This document shows positions 44,201 to 52,157 of a DNA stretch of 64,000 nt, in pieces; within the stretch, counting starts at the first letter, position 1, and every line of letters starts with the position of its first letter. A program made the translations under genes and the position numbers. This stretch comes from an uncultured Anaerolineaceae bacterium (GTDB lineage Bacteria > Chloroflexota > Anaerolineae > Aggregatilineales > Phototrophicaceae): contig CAZQIY010000005.1 of NCBI GenBank assembly GCA_964593565.1, forward strand, positions 18,334 through 82,333, written 5' to 3'. The notes under the pieces are model-generated. The model was not told the DNA's origin. It did no database searches and was given only the letters and a program-made list of their open reading frames with translations.

Positions 44201-46508
44201 GCGCACCTACTGGCGGCGGATGCTGGCCGTCGAGATCATCATGGTGCTGGCCTTCCTCGGCTTTCTGGCAGTGCGCCTGACCAACCCGGACCTGTGGCAC
44301 ACCAGCTATGGCGGCGAAAAGCCGATGGATTTTGCCTATTTTAACGGCGTGCTGCGCAGTACGATCTTCCCGGCAATCGACCCCTGGTACGCCGGCGGCT
44401 ACCTGAATTACTACTATTTCGGGTACGTGATCGTGGGGGTTCCGGTGCTGCTGCTCAAGGTTGTGCCCTCGGTAGCCTACAACCTGATCCTGCCGACTCT
44501 GTTCGCTGTCACCGGCATCGGCGCGTTTGCGGTGGCGTTCAACCTGGTGCATCACTGGCAGGAACGGCGGCAGACGGCCGACGACGAACCGGGCGACAGG
44601 CCGGGCTGGCGGCGCATGGGCAACCCCTGGATTGCGGGTATTGTCGCGCTGCTGCTGGCGGTGGTGCTGGGCAACCTGGATACGCCGCGCGTGCTGGGCA
44701 ACGGGCTGGCAGACCTGGGCGGTTATGTGCCGCCGCGTGGGCTGGCCGACTTTCTGATCGATGAACAGATGGCGCAGCGGGGCACGATAGAGGCGTCGAC
44801 GGAAATGGAACTGCGCCAGCGTGCTGCACGGAATCACCTGGGCGACCGGCTGCGGTATGAGGTACATAATTCCGTATCGCTGGTCAGCGGGCTGGTGCGT
44901 GGGGTCGGGGCGGCGCTTTCCGGCCAGTCGCTGCCGATTGGCTCTAACCGCTGGTTCTGGGCGCCCACCCGCGTGATTATGGAAACCCCCGGCGTGGAAG
45001 GTAACGCCATCACCGAAATACCGTACTTTACCTTCCTGTATGGCGACCTGCACGCGCATATGATCGCCATGCCGATGCAGTTATTCGTGATGGCTTTCCT
45101 GCTGCACGAACTGCTGGCGGCGGGGCGCGATGGGCGCAGCGGGCGGATGCGATGGCTGGCGCTGGGGCTGGGGGCGATGTTTGTCGGCCTGCTGCGGGCG
45201 ACCAATACCTGGGACTGGCCCACATTTATGCTGCTGGGGGCGCTGGGGCTGGGCTATGCCTGGTGGCTGGCATGGCGGCACATTGACCGGCATTCGCTGA
45301 TTGATCTGGCGCTGCGGGTGGGCGGTTTTGTCGTGCTGACCTTTGCGGCGGCGCTGCCCTTTACCACGTGGTACGCGGCGGTGTATGGCAGCATTCAGCC
45401 CTGGGAAGGCGGCAAAACCCCGCTGTGGATTTACTTCGACCTGCACGGCCTGTTCCTGTTCCTGCTGTTCTGTCTGCTGGTGTGGGAAACTGCCCGCTGG
45501 TTCAGCAGCGTGTACGTGCGCGATCTGCGCGGCATGTGGCCGCTGCTGGTGGCGCTGCTGGTGGCGGTGGTCACGGTGCTGGCGGCCGGGGCGGCGCTGG
45601 CGATAATGGGCTATCAGGTGGCGCTGGTGGTGCTGCCGCTGCTGCTGTGGATGGCGGTGCTGTTCCTGCGGCCGGGCCAGTCGCGGGCGATGCAGTTTGT
45701 GCTGGCGCTGGCCGGGCTGGCGCTGGGCCTGACTCTGGGCGTGGAATTTGTCGTGCTGGCGGGGGATATTGGCCGGCAGAATACGGTGTTCAAGTTCTAC
45801 ATTCAGGCCTGGATGCTGTTCAGCGTGGCGGGTGGGGCGGCCTTCGCGTGGCTGTTTGAAAGCGCCGCAGGCTGGCGCCCCAGAACGCGCTATGTGTGGT
45901 ACGCAGCGGCGGGGATGCTGTTCACCGTGGCCGCGCTGTATCCCATCATGGCGACGCGTGCCAAAGCGCTGGAACGTATGGCGCCGGATATGCCGTTTAC
46001 GCTGGATGGCATGGATTACATGCAGTACGCCAGCTACTACGATGGCCAGGAAAGCATCCCGCTGTCAGATGATTACCAGATGATTCGCTGGCTGCAGGAA
46101 AATATCCCCGGCACGCCCACCATTGTGGAGGCGCAGGACTGGTGGGAATATCGCTGGGGCGGGCGCGTGGCGATCTATACCGGCATGCCAACGATCCTGG
46201 GCTGGCGCTTCCACCAGACGCAGCAGCGCACCTTCGAGCAGTTGGTGACGATGGTGAACCAGCGCCGCGCCAACGTCAACGGCTTTTACTCCACGACGGA
46301 TATTGATACCGCGCTGGACATCATCGACTTTTATGGCATCCGCTATATCATCGTCAGCGGGCTGGAACGCGCCTACTATCCGCCGGAAGGCCTGCAAAAG
46401 TTCGAGCAGATGGCGGAGCGTGGGCTGCTGGAGAAAGTGTACGAACAGGGCCGCGCTACAGTGTATAAAGTGGCAGACAATGCGCAGGTTGCACAGGTGA
46501 TGGGTTAG
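41250..46508 (+). CDS. giant (1752 aa) polytopic membrane protein: N-terminal HPDERF GT-C-like module + soluble insert + C-terminal YYY (DUF2298/TIGR03662-like) module
   Basis: HPDERF at 41412-41429. C-terminal half carries GGEKPMDFAYFNGVLRS...DPWYAGGYLNYYYFGY (YYYFGY at 44409-44426). It aligns with the next gene along its length, including the tail ...GWRFHQTQQR...IRYIIVSGLER. Confidence 0.8.
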   Translation: MAEASFAAEGTGRRAGWLSITLSDVVVGVLLVLVMLVGGYFRFVGQNWDDFTHLHPDERFLTDVASSIGGTLRPSHPSSTDQQAQIDLCMSRYPNTGGIGGYFDAECSTLNPHNAGKGLYVYGTLPLFAARAAGDLLVQQTGDTSLNSYSGVHLVWRSLSALAEMVVILAVFAMGYELHGKWVGLVAGALYAAAVFSIQASHFGTADAMTNAFAALGLLFAVRVQLRGGLLDYAFFGLAFGAALASRVNIAPLGGVIVLAAMVNALPVLDLRLAAGLRWRLLRQHALGLMLAGILTVLVFRIFNPYAFMGPGFFGLVPNPRWLADIAQARHLVSGAAEMPPNWQWVGRTPYLFALNNMVLWGMGIALGLTGLAGWVWSGWRLLRGSAGALRNLLPVIWFLVYFGWLGANWVATMRYFLPLYPVFALLAAWLLGELVQRAQGRPVPRLLAGAFMVLVVGFTFLWAAMFTNIYRHQLTRVQASHWFWEQAPGDFAMRVEGARPDTPLINIAVSNGPGQGYDLLVKASAHYEESPFEYLFTAPATGTISSIYAPHLGDRDDDPEPETVRAAIQAVDTGEILAEVTLTANLTRANHVLGDAYDMQLDSPAAVTGGQQYRFIFEVIEGGPVVSGGSVVSHEGGWDDPIPYTVCTLPPGISLADDPPPGLLNAHNCNGRTAWSALIVGYDMPLATEDEAYKRDLMLQALRDSDYLTISSNRFYDSQNRIPTRWPMTNAYYDKLFAGELGFELAALFQETFELGPLRISDQHLPIYDSPAWLNEFEAEEAFHVYDHPVVFVFRKTADYDHRQVENFFHSVPLNRATAAGSNPVENCPSVFMQPGGGGCDTTLIDTFTLSALDTDPAPTQLMLTDERRAIQETNGSWHELFDRDSIINTQPVLTVAVWWLAIMVIGWVTWPLLFGLFPALADRGYAVAKLAGLVLIGWSTWYAASGGLALWSQGGILLAMALLAVAGLVVVWRHRDSFFGYVRTYWRRMLAVEIIMVLAFLGFLAVRLTNPDLWHTSYGGEKPMDFAYFNGVLRSTIFPAIDPWYAGGYLNYYYFGYVIVGVPVLLLKVVPSVAYNLILPTLFAVTGIGAFAVAFNLVHHWQERRQTADDEPGDRPGWRRMGNPWIAGIVALLLAVVLGNLDTPRVLGNGLADLGGYVPPRGLADFLIDEQMAQRGTIEASTEMELRQRAARNHLGDRLRYEVHNSVSLVSGLVRGVGAALSGQSLPIGSNRWFWAPTRVIMETPGVEGNAITEIPYFTFLYGDLHAHMIAMPMQLFVMAFLLHELLAAGRDGRSGRMRWLALGLGAMFVGLLRATNTWDWPTFMLLGALGLGYAWWLAWRHIDRHSLIDLALRVGGFVVLTFAAALPFTTWYAAVYGSIQPWEGGKTPLWIYFDLHGLFLFLLFCLLVWETARWFSSVYVRDLRGMWPLLVALLVAVVTVLAAGAALAIMGYQVALVVLPLLLWMAVLFLRPGQSRAMQFVLALAGLALGLTLGVEFVVLAGDIGRQNTVFKFYIQAWMLFSVAGGAAFAWLFESAAGWRPRTRYVWYAAAGMLFTVAALYPIMATRAKALERMAPDMPFTLDGMDYMQYASYYDGQESIPLSDDYQMIRWLQENIPGTPTIVEAQDWWEYRWGGRVAIYTGMPTILGWRFHQTQQRTFEQLVTMVNQRRANVNGFYSTTDIDTALDIIDFYGIRYIIVSGLERAYYPPEGLQKFEQMAERGLLEKVYEQGRATVYKVADNAQVAQVMG

Positions 46509-46514
46509 GGATAC

Positions 46515-49061
46515 GTGATCTTCGAGTGGTTGGCCCGCGAGGGATGGATCGTTTTTAACTGGTGGCTGCTGGTGACGCTGGCTGGGGTGGCGGCGCTGCC
46601 GCTGACCACGCGCCTGCTGGGCGGCCTGCCGGATAAAGGCTATACGCTGGCCCGAGCAGTGGGTTTGCTGCTGGTGGGGTTTGTGTTCTGGCTGCTGGCC
46701 AGCCTGGGCTTTTTGACCAACGCGCCCGGCAGCCTGATTCTCTCCTGGCTGATTGTGCTGGTGGCCGGGATCATCGTTCATTTCCGGCATCCGCAGCGCT
46801 TTGACTGGCGCGGCTGGTGGCAGCAGAATCGCCCGGTGGTGCTGGTGGGCGAGGTGCTGTTTGTGGCACTGCTGATCTTTTTCGCCCTTTTCCGCGCCCA
46901 TATCCCGGACCTGACCGGCACCGAAAAGCCAATGGAACTGGCGTTTATGAGCGCCGTGCAGCGCAGCGAAATCTTCCCGCCCAACGACCCCTGGCTTTCC
47001 GGTTATGCCATCAGCTACTACTACTTTGGCTATGTTATTTCCGCGGCGCTGTCGATGCTCAGCGGCATCAGCAGCACGGTGGGCTTTAACATGACAATCA
47101 CGCTGTTGTTTGCGCTCACCGGGCTGACGGCCTACGGCGTGGCCTATAACCTGGCGGCGTCTCGTGCCCGGCGCGACCAGCCAGCGGCCCCGGCGGCGCT
47201 GATCTGCGGACTGCTGGGCATGGCCTTTGTGGTGCTGCTGGGCAATTTCCAACTGCCGCTGATCGAAATGCCCTACCAGAACCGCATCGCCAGCGAGTCT
47301 TACCTCAGCTTCTGGGGGCAGGATGACCGCCTGATTCCCAAGCCATCGCTGCCAGAAGACGCAGGCGCGATAGCCCCGCAGAACTGGGATTTCTGGTGGT
47401 GGTTCCGCGCCAGTCGGGTGCTGACGGATACCAACCTGGATGGCACGCTGATCGGGGTGCAGCCCATTGACGAATTCCCGGCCTTCAGCTTCGTGCTGGC
47501 GGATGTGCATCCGCACGTGCTGGCGCTGCCCTTTGCCATGCTGGCGCTGGGGCTGGCGCTGAATCTGGTGCTGACGGAGCGCGACCCCACCCGGCAGGAA
47601 GTGGTATTTTATGCGCTGGCGCTGGGTGGGCTGGTGTTCCTTAACACCTGGGATGGCCCGATCTATATGGTCGTGCTGGTCGGGGCGGATGCGGTGCGGC
47701 GGCTGATGCGCAGCGGCAGCGGCAGGCTGACCGGGCGCGATTGGTGGGCGCTGCTGCGGCTGGGGCTGGCGCTGGGCCTGCTGACTCTGGTGTTTTATTT
47801 TCCGTTCTTCATCAGCTTTCGCTCTCAGGCTTCGGGTGTGCTGCCCAACCTGCTGCATCCGACCTACTTCCCGCAGTATTTCATCATGTTTGGCCCCTTC
47901 ATGCTGATTCTGGCGGCATTTCTGTTCCTCGAAGTGCGGCTGGCGGCGGGGCGCATGAACTGGCGGCTGGGGCTGGTGGTGGCGGTTGGCCTGTGGCTGG
48001 GGCTGGTGTTGTTGATGCTGCTGCTGAGTATCATGGCGGCGCTGATACCGGCCCAGCGCGATCTGGTCACCGGGTTTATCGAGCAGTACGGCGGCCTGCA
48101 GGCGGTCCTGCCGGCGCTGCTGTCGCGGCGTCTGGCGCACATCCTGACCTCGCTGGTGCTGCTGGCCGGGGTGGCGGTGGTGGTGGCGCGCCTGTTCCCG
48201 CGTGTACCATCGCTGGAAGAAGTGGAGGATGCGCCCACCGCGGCGCGGCAGGTGATTGCCTACCCGGCGGCGACGGGGTTTGCGCTGCTGCTGGCCGGGG
48301 CAGGCATCGTGCTCACCCTCGCGCCGGATTATGTCTACCTGCGCGATAATTTTGGGGTGCGCATCAACACCATTTTTAAGTTCTACTATCAGGCATGGCT
48401 GATGTTTGGTATCGCCAGCGCCTATGGTGTTTACGTCATTGCAGCGGACCTGCGCCTGCGGGATCGTTTCCGCGCGGCGCGGGTGGTCATGGTGACAGCG
48501 ACAACGGTGGTGGTGCTGCTGGGGCTGATGTACTCGGTGCTGGGCTTCCATAACCGCATGTTCATCGAATCGGGGCGGGCATCTGCCAACACACTGACTC
48601 TGGATGGCGGGCCGACGACGGTCAGCGCCGATGATTACGCCGCTATCATGTGCTTCGATGCGCTTATCGAAGGCGATGATGTGGTGGTGCTGGAAGCGGC
48701 GGACCCCGGCTCTGCCTACAACATTACCGGCAAGTGGGGGCGCGTGGGTATGCTGACCGGCGTGCCAATTGTGCTGGGCTGGCAGAATCATGAAGGGCAG
48801 TGGCGCGGCCCCACCTATGCCCAGACAGTAGGCACGCGCCCGCAGGATATTGACCGCATCTATACTGATCTGCGCTGGGATGTGGTCAGCCCGCTGGTGG
48901 CGCAGTATGGCATCGATTATATCTTCTTTGGCGAGACCGAACGCAGCAAGTATGGCGCCCAGGCCGAAGAAAAATTTGCCCAGAATCTGGCGGTGGTGTG
49001 CGAGCGCGGGTCGAGCCGCTTCTACCGGGTGGATTCCGGTAATCTGGTGGCACGTGGATAA
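46515..49061 (+). CDS. YYY-motif polytopic membrane protein (DUF2298/TIGR03662 Chlor_Arch_YYY-like), 848 aa
   Basis: GTG start 6 nt after the upstream stop. GTEKPMELAFMSAVQRSEIFPPNDPWLSGYAISYYYFGY (YYYFGY at 47016-47033), more than 15 TM helices, and tail GWQNHEGQWR...IDYIFFGETER. Confidence 0.8.
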   Translation: MIFEWLAREGWIVFNWWLLVTLAGVAALPLTTRLLGGLPDKGYTLARAVGLLLVGFVFWLLASLGFLTNAPGSLILSWLIVLVAGIIVHFRHPQRFDWRGWWQQNRPVVLVGEVLFVALLIFFALFRAHIPDLTGTEKPMELAFMSAVQRSEIFPPNDPWLSGYAISYYYFGYVISAALSMLSGISSTVGFNMTITLLFALTGLTAYGVAYNLAASRARRDQPAAPAALICGLLGMAFVVLLGNFQLPLIEMPYQNRIASESYLSFWGQDDRLIPKPSLPEDAGAIAPQNWDFWWWFRASRVLTDTNLDGTLIGVQPIDEFPAFSFVLADVHPHVLALPFAMLALGLALNLVLTERDPTRQEVVFYALALGGLVFLNTWDGPIYMVVLVGADAVRRLMRSGSGRLTGRDWWALLRLGLALGLLTLVFYFPFFISFRSQASGVLPNLLHPTYFPQYFIMFGPFMLILAAFLFLEVRLAAGRMNWRLGLVVAVGLWLGLVLLMLLLSIMAALIPAQRDLVTGFIEQYGGLQAVLPALLSRRLAHILTSLVLLAGVAVVVARLFPRVPSLEEVEDAPTAARQVIAYPAATGFALLLAGAGIVLTLAPDYVYLRDNFGVRINTIFKFYYQAWLMFGIASAYGVYVIAADLRLRDRFRAARVVMVTATTVVVLLGLMYSVLGFHNRMFIESGRASANTLTLDGGPTTVSADDYAAIMCFDALIEGDDVVVLEAADPGSAYNITGKWGRVGMLTGVPIVLGWQNHEGQWRGPTYAQTVGTRPQDIDRIYTDLRWDVVSPLVAQYGIDYIFFGETERSKYGAQAEEKFAQNLAVVCERGSSRFYRVDSGNLVARG

Positions 49062-49109
49062 ATCACCTGAGACGAATCTTTCTGCTGAACGAGTCAACAC
49101 AGGGGCGAT

Positions 49110-50963
49110 ATGCAAGCGGTAACACCTTCTCATCAACTGACGCAGGCACAACCCGGCAGCGCGATCCGCGTGGCCTATGAATGGCTGCTGGTGGCGGCGC
49201 TGCTGGCCCTGTCGGTATGGCTGCGCCTGGCCGAACTGGATACCGTGCCGCTTTCTGAACCAGAGGCGACCCAGGCACTGGCGGCGTGGCGGGCCTTGCA
49301 TCCGCACCTGTCCGGTGGCGCGATTGTGCCTGAAAGTCCGCTGCTGTTTCTGCTGCATGGGGTGGCATTTTCGGCGCTGGGGAGCAGCGAATTTACGGTG
49401 CGCGTTTTTACGGCGCTGGCGGGGGCCTTGCTGCTGACCACGCCGCTGCTGTTCCGGGATGCGCTGGGGCGCGGGCGGGCTTTCCTGTTCACCCTGCTGC
49501 TGACCTTCTCGCCGGTGCTGCTGGTGGCATCGCGTTTCGATTCCCCTATGATCTGGTGCGCCCTGTGCGCCGTGCTGGGCCTGTGGGCGCTGTGGCGCTG
49601 GTGGCGGTCCGGGCTGGCGGGCTGGGCGCTGGCGGCATCGGCGCTGTTTGCCGCTGTCGTGCTGCTGACGGACCCGGCGGGCTGGATTTTCGGGCTGGTG
49701 CTGCTGGGGGCGGGCGCGGTGGCCCTGCTGTGGAACCGGGTGGATAACCCCGATGATGACCCGCTGCCCCAGGTGCAGCAGCATTTGCGGGGCTGGCCCT
49801 GGCAGCAGGCGCTGCTGGTGGGTGGGCTGGCGCTGTTTGCGGTGGCGACGGCCTTCATGTTTTACCTGCCCGGCCTGTCCGCCATCAGTCAGCTTCTGCA
49901 AAGCGGCTTTGCTGGCCTGCTGACATCTCAGGCGGGTGCGCCGCCGGCTTTCCCGCTGCTGACCACGCTTTTTTATGAGCCGCTGCTGTGGGTATTCGGC
50001 CTGGCCGGGTTCCTGCTGCTGGCGCGGCGGGGTGAACTGACCCTGCTGGATCGCTTTCTGGCGGCCTGGGTGGTGCTGGGCGGGGTGGCGGCGCTGCTGT
50101 ATCAGGGCGGCGGGCCACAGCACGCGCTCTGGCTGACCCTGCCGCTGACGGGACTGGCGACGGCGGTGGCGCTGGAATGCCTGAAGCCGGACAAGCACCC
50201 GTTTCTGGATGTGCCATCCTGGGGTAAATGGGTGGTGGCGGTGGTGGTGTTCGCGCTGCTGATTATCCTCGCTATCAATTTTCAGGGCATGGTGCGTGCG
50301 GTGCTGCAAACGGCCGATGGCAGCCTGCTGTCGGTGCAGCCGGACCCGATCAATACAGTCTGGACGGTGATTGCCCTGTTGTTTATGATCGTCGGGTATT
50401 TCCTGGTATCCAGCCTGTGGGGCAGCCCGGCAGCCCTGCGCGGCGGCGCGCTGGGGGTGCTGGCGTTTGCACTGGTGACTTCGCTGGGCAGCGGATGGGC
50501 CGCGGCTGTAACGAACGCGGCCAACCCGGCGGAATTCTGGCATGTAGAGCCGACCAGCCGCGAAACGCTGCTGCTGCGCGATACGCTGCGGGAACTGACC
50601 CGGCGCGAGAGCGAGGGTTTCCCCCGCATGACCGTCTATGTGCAGGCCCCGGATGATGGCGTGATCGGCTGGATGCTGCGTGAATTTACCGATGCGCGCT
50701 ACATTGTGGAGCCAACCGAGGCGCGGGCGCAGGAAGTGGCCCTGCTGGCGGCTGCGGGCGAACCGCCGGAACTGGGCGGCAGTTATGTCGGGCAGAATTT
50801 TGTCCTGGCGCGCACCTGGGCTGCGGGATCGCTGGCCGGGCTGGATTTTCTGCCCTGGTGGACTCAGCGCCGGGTGCGGCTTCAGCCGCTGCCAACGCAG
50901 GAGATGACGCTGTGGCTGCGGCAGGATGTTTATGACGGGGTCGATTTTAGCCCGGCAGGCTGA
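49110..50963 (+). CDS. TIGR03663-like polytopic membrane protein, variant lacking the DE/HGP invariants
   Basis: 617 aa. Aligns by eye with the N-terminal two-thirds of the 52158 protein (FTVRVFTALAGALLLTTPLLFRDALGRGRAF vs FTSRIYPAALGVAMVLMPLLFRRWLGRTGAL). It has LSEPEA (49254-49268) where the paralogue has SHDESL, and no HGP. Confidence 0.65.
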   Translation: MQAVTPSHQLTQAQPGSAIRVAYEWLLVAALLALSVWLRLAELDTVPLSEPEATQALAAWRALHPHLSGGAIVPESPLLFLLHGVAFSALGSSEFTVRVFTALAGALLLTTPLLFRDALGRGRAFLFTLLLTFSPVLLVASRFDSPMIWCALCAVLGLWALWRWWRSGLAGWALAASALFAAVVLLTDPAGWIFGLVLLGAGAVALLWNRVDNPDDDPLPQVQQHLRGWPWQQALLVGGLALFAVATAFMFYLPGLSAISQLLQSGFAGLLTSQAGAPPAFPLLTTLFYEPLLWVFGLAGFLLLARRGELTLLDRFLAAWVVLGGVAALLYQGGGPQHALWLTLPLTGLATAVALECLKPDKHPFLDVPSWGKWVVAVVVFALLIILAINFQGMVRAVLQTADGSLLSVQPDPINTVWTVIALLFMIVGYFLVSSLWGSPAALRGGALGVLAFALVTSLGSGWAAAVTNAANPAEFWHVEPTSRETLLLRDTLRELTRRESEGFPRMTVYVQAPDDGVIGWMLREFTDARYIVEPTEARAQEVALLAAAGEPPELGGSYVGQNFVLARTWAAGSLAGLDFLPWWTQRRVRLQPLPTQEMTLWLRQDVYDGVDFSPAG

Positions 50964-51025
50964 GGATTTTCCGGGCAGGGTGTGTATAAACGGGGTAGTT
51001 ATTTTTGGACAACGGCGGTCTGAGT

Positions 51026-51607
51026 ATGCAGGCAATAGATCAGGCAATTGAGCGCTGTCTTGCGGGCGATCAGCAAAGTTATGCAACCCTGTACGATGAA
51101 TTTGCAGGCGGCATCTATCGCCTGTGTTACAGCCTTCTGCTCAACCGGCAGGACGCCGAAGACGTGACGCAGGAAACATTTGTCTATGCGTTCCGCAACC
51201 TGCGGCGCTATGATCCGCAGCGCGCCGCCTTCAGGACGTGGCTGTACACCATCGCCATCAGCCGCTGCCGCAATCTTTACCGGCGCAAGCGGCCCATGAT
51301 GATGGACATCGCGCAGATGTTGCAGCTCCGGCTGTACAGCCCAAAATCGGAAACGCCGGAAAACGCGCTGTCTGCACAGGATGCCCGCAGCACGCTGGAA
51401 TCCGCCCTGGCGGCGCTTTCGCCCCGCCTGCGCGAGGCGGTGGTGCTGCGCTATGGGCACGGGCTGATGTATCGTGAAATGGCCGAAATTATGAACTGCC
51501 CGCAAAAGACCGCAGAAAGCCGGGTGCGGCTGGCGCACGATGCGCTGCGCGGCCTGCTGCAGGCGGAAGGTCCAGGGTTGCTGGAAGAACTGCTGACGAG
51601 TTCGTAA
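51026..51607 (+). CDS. ECF-type RNA polymerase sigma-70 family factor
   Basis: ATG at 51026 (the track uses TTG 51005). Region 2 DAEDVTQETFVYAFRNLRRYDP...FRTWLYTIAISRC. Region 4 LSPRLREAVVLRYGHGLMYREMAEIMNCPQKTAESRV. Confidence 0.9.
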   Translation: MQAIDQAIERCLAGDQQSYATLYDEFAGGIYRLCYSLLLNRQDAEDVTQETFVYAFRNLRRYDPQRAAFRTWLYTIAISRCRNLYRRKRPMMMDIAQMLQLRLYSPKSETPENALSAQDARSTLESALAALSPRLREAVVLRYGHGLMYREMAEIMNCPQKTAESRVRLAHDALRGLLQAEGPGLLEELLTSS

Positions 51608-51629
51608 AGAGTTTACAGGTACAGACGCG

Positions 51630-52142
51630 ATGTTATGGCGATTGCTGGCTTGTCGTTACTATCATTCAAAACTGGATGCCTTTGTCGATGGCAGACTGTC
51701 TCCGCGTGCGCGGCGGCGTCTGGCGCGGCACATGGATCACTGCCCGGCCTGTTACCGGGCCTATACCCGGCGGCGCGATCTGCATCAGGACCTGCGGCAG
51801 ACTGTGCCTCTGGTCGGGCGCGATCATGCGCCGGATTTTGACCGAATCTGGGGCGCGGTGCGTACCGAGCTGCCCCAGCCCCGGCGGCCTCAGTTTCGTT
51901 ATGGGGTGGCGGTGCTGCTGCTATTACTGGCGCTGCTGGTGCCGTTTACGATGGGCAATCATGAACTGACGCGGGTGATTCCGGAGCATCCTGTGCCACA
52001 TGCGGAACCTTCGACCGAGACACCGGAGCGCACCGATGAGCCACAGATGATGGCTACGGTGGCGGCGTCCTCGACCATGGCGAGCAGTCTGGCACAGGAG
52101 ACTGCCCCCCCGACTTTGCCGGAACCCGATGGGAATCAATAA
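51630..52142 (+). CDS. anti-sigma factor (zf-HC2 type), single-pass membrane protein
   Basis: 170 aa. Zinc-binding motif RHMDHCPACYRAY, TM YGVAVLLLLLALLVPFTM, and a short Pro/Thr/Glu-rich external tail. Lies 22 nt after the sigma gene. Confidence 0.8.
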   Translation: MLWRLLACRYYHSKLDAFVDGRLSPRARRRLARHMDHCPACYRAYTRRRDLHQDLRQTVPLVGRDHAPDFDRIWGAVRTELPQPRRPQFRYGVAVLLLLLALLVPFTMGNHELTRVIPEHPVPHAEPSTETPERTDEPQMMATVAASSTMASSLAQETAPPTLPEPDGNQ

Positions 52143-52157
52143 GGGCGAGTATTTGGC

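Noticed and set aside
46065-51086. 1673-aa minus-strand ORF, the longest in the track apart from the 1752-aa gene
   Set aside because: It is antisense to three well-supported plus-strand genes and the ECF sigma start. Its translation is a low-complexity Q/R/P/H/G-rich string with no TM helices or motifs. It crosses the intergenic gaps of the real genes. This is a typical shadow ORF of GC-rich, GC3-biased coding DNA.
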